A stretch of 64,000 bases of DNA from positions 9,659,677 to 9,723,676 of the forward strand of contig CM082592.2 in the NCBI GenBank assembly GCA_040954595.2, read 5' to 3'. Source of the DNA: Balanoglossus misakiensis. Taxonomy: Eukaryota > Animalia > Hemichordata. The notes below the pieces were generated by a model. It was not told the DNA's origin. It saw only the letters and a list, made by a program, of their open reading frames with translations, and did no database searches. Below, piece by piece: positions 54,199 through 64,000 of the stretch; position 1 is the first letter of the stretch; each line of letters starts with the position of its first letter. A program made the position numbers and the translations under genes.

Positions 54199-57101
54199 GC
54201 AGGCAGGGGGCTCAGAAAGGCGAATATTTAGAGAGTTTCTAATGGATCGTTTTCTCGTTAATTAAACTCACAAGTGGCGTTATATTTTTGGCACCGCGTC
54301 GAGTCGGCAAAGTGGGCAGTAACAGCGCCCTCGTTAGGGGGACATTGAACTATTTGTATTCGATGGATTAGTTTAGCACGGAACACGTGATTGTAACCCC
54401 CACCTAAAACGAATGTCAGCGTGTATGGTGGTAACTAATAGTTTCAGGAAGTCGTTAGCACCACTTAAAAGGTTTGGAAAAATAATTAGGAATGATTTGA
54501 ACGATTGAATCTGGCCTTACGAATATAATGACCCATAATCTTTTCTTTTACTAGTAGCGTTTGATGTTTTTTACGTTTTTCCGTAGTGAGCAATGGTATT
54601 GACTATTTTTACATCTAGTTTGCATAATTAGTTGTCTGGTATTGAAATGAAGAGGGCAGTGATGGGTGCGATCGGCTTCCATGCGCGTGACTCGGTTATT
54701 TCTTTTTTGTCGATTCATGTTCGAGCTTGTTGTTTTGCAGGCAATTGTCACAGCAAGAGAATTAATCAGGGCAAAAATACATATTGACGAAGCTGACGAT
54801 CCCAACATTTCCAACCAATACGTTGTTTTATTCATTTTGATTGGAACAGTATTTTCAAGTTTTTTAACTTTCATGGATTTGAGTTGTGCCATGTCAGTGT
54901 CAACTTTGTCTGTCCTGTATTCCCTTGTAACGCCGTAAAAATTGTAGATAGTGACGTCGACCTACCTCGCTCTCATAGTATATGATTGGGGAAAACCATA
55001 CCCGCCACAGCCGTTTGAATTTGGCCGTCGTGCTGTCAGCATTGCGGCCGGCTGGACACGAATCTACTGCCGGGAGCGTCCCGGTAGGAGCACTTTTGAA
55101 AAAGAGGGTTTGTGATTCTATTCAATGTAAGCACAAATGTTCAAATATTATATGTGATGCGTTGACCCCCCCCCTCGGGTTGACCACAATCCGTCAGCTG
55201 CTGGCCCGTCTCAACATGCAACCGTTAACCGGAAATTCAACTCCGCTGTTGGAATGTCGGTCGTCGAGTGCAAGTGTCCAATTAGCGAGAACAATACCCC
55301 TTGTTGGCTTTGTACATTTTTGTACATTCACCTATTCATCCTTTATCCTGTATTGAATTTTTGTGCCTACAATTATTTTTGGATACGCCTCAACACATCA
55401 TCACGACCACCGCACCAGTCAGCCATATAGGTACAATATCATTATCTCACTTCTTTACATTGATTCACGTCTAAACATGTTTTTTCTTACATATTAATAT
55501 TGTGAAAATACATTATGATAAAAAGGACGATCATAACGTTTCTTTTGTCTTGTACGCCAATAATGCCAAATATGCCAAACACAACTAGACGCTATCCTTT
55601 ACTCTGTATCGGTAGAGCTTTGCCTACAGTGCTTTGTAATATGATTGATGATTCGTACCACCGACTTATTTTGGACTTTTTTTTCTCTGTTGTGATGCGT
55701 ATACCAGCAATTTTTGCATCCTGAAATATCAGCTTGGCTATCTTTGAGACGAGCGAGATCGACAAGATCGATCGGTACTGGGTGTGGATGAAAGTTACAT
55801 GCTCAGACAGTCAAAGTACACACCAAGTTGGTATGATAGTTTAAATAGTTTTACTTTAAGCATAGCCGAGGCCTACTGTCTATGCTTTAAGGGAAGGCAT
55901 GAACCGAAAGAAGCGGGAAATTGTTTTCTAGTGGAAGCGGGCAGAAATGTTATGCATATCAATTGCAAATCAAACAGAAAAATAATTAATCTAGATGCGC
56001 GGCGGAGGAGTCAGGAACGAGTTTTTGCTGGTTGGTGGCGGCTATCGTTGTTGATAAGAAATAATGGTTGATAATTTGAAACTGCTTTTGGTAGTACTGT
56101 TGTTTTCGACGCAAACACAACTTCCAGAATACTAGACAGACGCTCATTTATTTTGGGCTTTGCACATTCAAATTTGTTGTCCATGATAAAAATGCGATGA
56201 AGCCACGGTAACAAACAATTAAAGAATATTCATTATGTCCGAATAACATCATATAATCTAGTCACGGCCGAATCATGATGCGTTCCCATCCGACACGATT
56301 AAACGCGCATGCGTACTACGCATTATGGTCGCTAACATGAGGAACAGTTGACGCGAGTCGCTCCGGGAAGACAGGAAGAAGCACAATACATGTACTTTGC
56401 TGACGGTGTTTTCTCTCAACGCCGGATTTACAGACAGTGCCTGATTCTGACAAGTTTGTCAATCGTCTACCGTCCATCGATATCGCCATATATTTGTCAG
56501 TGAACAACTTCCATGGAAAATTGTACGTATGCGTTCGTTATAAAGATGTATAGCGCACTATTTTTTATAGAAAAATTCGCATGTGTGCAAGCCTCGACTC
56601 GCACACATGTCATTTGTTTGAAGCACAGTAGGAAGCTTTGGTCAATTGTTGCTGTAGAATAATGAAAACCGTGATTGATATAAACACCAAAATGAACATC
56701 AAATTCCCCTATATAAAGGAAATTATGGGAACACCGTTTATTTGACTAGACAATATGAAACACTGTCTCTTTTTGGAGTAATACTGAACTTGTGTGTGTG
56801 TGTGTGTTTTGTTTTGTTTTGGTTTGTTTTTCTTGTGCCGTTTTCAAAACAATCCATCATGCTGACAAGCCCCCATCAGAGAACACTGTTCATTTGATTA
56901 AATGTCCCAGAAATGTTGGCGTTGTGCTAATCGTACATCATTTATTTTCTATTGGGGACAGAGTATTCCAATACTTGTCGTGCAAAACAAAACAAAACAA
57001 AACAAAGCTATTTGGTGAAGTCCTTAATTTCCATAATTCATCTAAGTTGTTGTACTTAAGCTTGCAACTTTCAAAATGCGAACTAACTCTTGTATTTGCA
57101 G

Positions 57102-61972
<4,871 letters not shown>

Positions 61973-62714
61973 TTATTTATTTTTTATTCCATATCTCGCA
62001 CTATATTTACAAATATGTATCGCAATTAACTCAACCGAAGGATATTAACAGACAAAAAGATATATTATTACCTCAGGATAATTTGTGTTGTTTTTCGAAA
62101 ATAATTTTACAAATCTTCGAGCTAATTGCAACACTTTGTCGCTTATAATGCAACTTTACAAAACACCAACTTGGAAGTCAAGATGCTTGAACAAAATACC
62201 CTGAGAAAACTGCTGCTTTCGCACATATAAATGTATCATAATGATACACTATTACTTTTTCTGATCTAAAGACATATACTGCTTGTGACGTGCTTTTTGT
62301 ATTTTTGGCCGGACGGCAGAAATCCTAAAATAAAGCTTACATTTCCGAGTAACAGTAGATCTGAATTATTTGCTAATATATTTATATAACAGCAATGTAA
62401 GTTGATTGATACAAAATTATATTTGGTTGTCGAGATATGGTTTACGTAAATGATAATGTACGAGTGGAGTGCAATCGTTCAGATATTGAACGGCTTACAA
62501 CTTCTCAATCATATCAACCAATCACAAGCTACATCGAACAGCTTTTCAACAAGGATAAGTTTCACACCATCAAGCCCTCATAGACAGTGGGTATTTCGGA
62601 ATGTTATTACTGTGCGCCATTTCGAAACTGCAGACCGATTTATTTTGGTGATGGTGCCTTGTTAAATCTGAAAAGGTATGTTTACTGCAAATGCCAGCGC
62701 AATCCCCAGCGCAA

Positions 62715-62802
62715 TCAGCCATTTTGATTTTCCCGCTATACAGCGCCATCTGTAGTTCACCTTTGTAAAGGATTCTCCTATTTGACTATTCAAAATGGCT
62801 GA
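62715..62802. promoter_or_regulatory. HIRA proximal promoter/5'UTR: inverted pair of YY1-like motifs around a CTCF-like core
   Basis: TCAGCCATTTTGA (62715-62727) and its exact reverse complement TCAAAATGGCTGA (62790-62802) flank CAGCGCCATCTGTAG at 62741-62755. The cassette lies about 80-160 nt upstream of the HIRA ATG. Confidence 0.5.
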
Positions 62803-62878
62803 CCTCGGCAGATGGTGATTTCGATTTCAAACAGAATTTCTTCATTAATTTGACGAAGTTGCGTCGACCACTAGCACC

Positions 62879-64000
62879 ATGCGTCTACTCAAACCAGCAT
62901 GGGTATCTCATGATGGTAAGTTTGTCTCGGCTCTCGTATTTCCGACCCGATCGCTTGCCTGTGATTGCAGAGAGTAAAGACGCCGACATTTTGTGACAAC
63001 TGACATGTGCGTACGCTGTTGCATTATATTGAGTCTACAGGTTCCTTTCACGTCTGCACATCACAATGCATTGACTCACATCCCATCTCTCCGTAGGAAA
63101 GCCGATCTTTTCCATAGATATCCATCCGGATGGTTCGAGGTTCGCAACGGGTGGGCAAGGTACAAAATTTTACCTTACTTATTCTTGATAACACTGCGTA
63201 AAATAACTTTGTTTACATTAATTATTCCAACAAATCGGGTCAGCTGATAGTGAAGGATATTTTGTTGTCCACAGGAGATGATTCCGGTAAGGTGGCCCTC
63301 TGGAACATGGCACCGGTGAAAAGTGAAAAAGACGAGAAAGATGAAAATGTGCCAAAATTACTTTGTTCAATGGACAATCATTTAGGTTTGTATTTTTGCT
63401 GTTGTCTTGTAATGAAAAAAGTGGTGTAGAAGGTGTTATTTTAGGTCCCAGTAGCCCAAACAGTTTTTTGGCTGGTATTGTACCCAAGGTATCTCTATTA
63501 ATAAAAGAGTCAACTCAGCTATGTTGGGTACATGCAACTTGACCAATGATGTTACCAAAATGTTACTATTTTGTCGGTTTGTTTATAGTCAAGCCTACAT
63601 TGTTTAAATACTGATATGCCACCGTGTAATTTACGAAACATCTCTCTTTCAGCCTGTGTCAATTGCGTGAGGTGGTCCATGAATGGCAAGTACCTGGCCT
63701 CTGGTGGTGACGATAAACTCATCATGATATGGCAATTTTTCGGCAGGTAATTACTGTAGCTAAGTGTCCCAGTATGCAGTTTTGTAGCTGCTTTATTCAA
63801 TTTAAACTTGTGTTGCATGGGAAGATATTGCATTGTATCATGGCTAAATAGGCCACAACTTACTTTTATGACAACCATAGCAGTCTTATGTCAGGTCATC
63901 TGACAGGAAACATCATTGATTAATTAAGAGTTGGTTAATTTTATCACAACAGATATGCCGGAGGCACAGCAACAGTGTTCGGTGGCAAGACAGTAAGCAT
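62879..64000 (+). CDS. HIRA: Histone H3.3 chaperone HIRA, 5' part (WD40 repeats); continues beyond the window
   Basis: Exons 62879-62915 (MRLLKPAWVSHD), 63097-63159 (GKPIFSIDIHPDGSRFATGGQ), 63275-63385 (GDDSGKVALWNMAPV...VPKLLCSMDNHL), 63653-63746 (ACVNCVRWSMNGKYLASGGDDKLIMIWQ) and 63953 to >64000. This matches the diagnostic HIRA N-terminus. Confidence 0.97.

Noticed and set aside
54666-54938. Hydrophobic ORF as a possible SLC24 signal-peptide exon
   Set aside because: No convincing phase-1 donor was found; not supportable without transcripts.

Overview
This is eukaryotic (animal) genomic DNA with GT-AG introns, about 38-40% GC by eye, probably a marine invertebrate (inference only). No prokaryotic systems, CRISPR arrays, rRNA or tRNA genes were seen. 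Six spliced genes were rebuilt by hand with consistent intron phases: MRPL16 (+, 5 exons, 256 aa); a biogenic-amine class A GPCR of the tyramine/octopamine-alpha/alpha2-adrenergic type (-, 3 coding exons); a WSCD-type sulfotransferase with two WSC domains (+, 8 exons, 591 aa); a nicotinic acetylcholine receptor alpha subunit (+, 6 exons, 502 aa); an SLC24/NCKX-type Na/Ca exchanger (+, 8-9 exons); and the 5' end of HIRA (+, runs off the window). Most ORF-track entries are intronic or intergenic noise. I found no clearly new biological system. The best leads are: (1) a GPCR splice donor that doubles as a stop codon, switching between a short tail and a ~200-aa acidic tail ending in a PDZ ligand; (2) substitutions at key functional residues in the three signalling proteins (GPCR DRY->NRY, nAChR loop C D200-equivalent->N, NCKX D575-equivalent->E); (3) repeated RFX X-box-like motifs across the central gene block.
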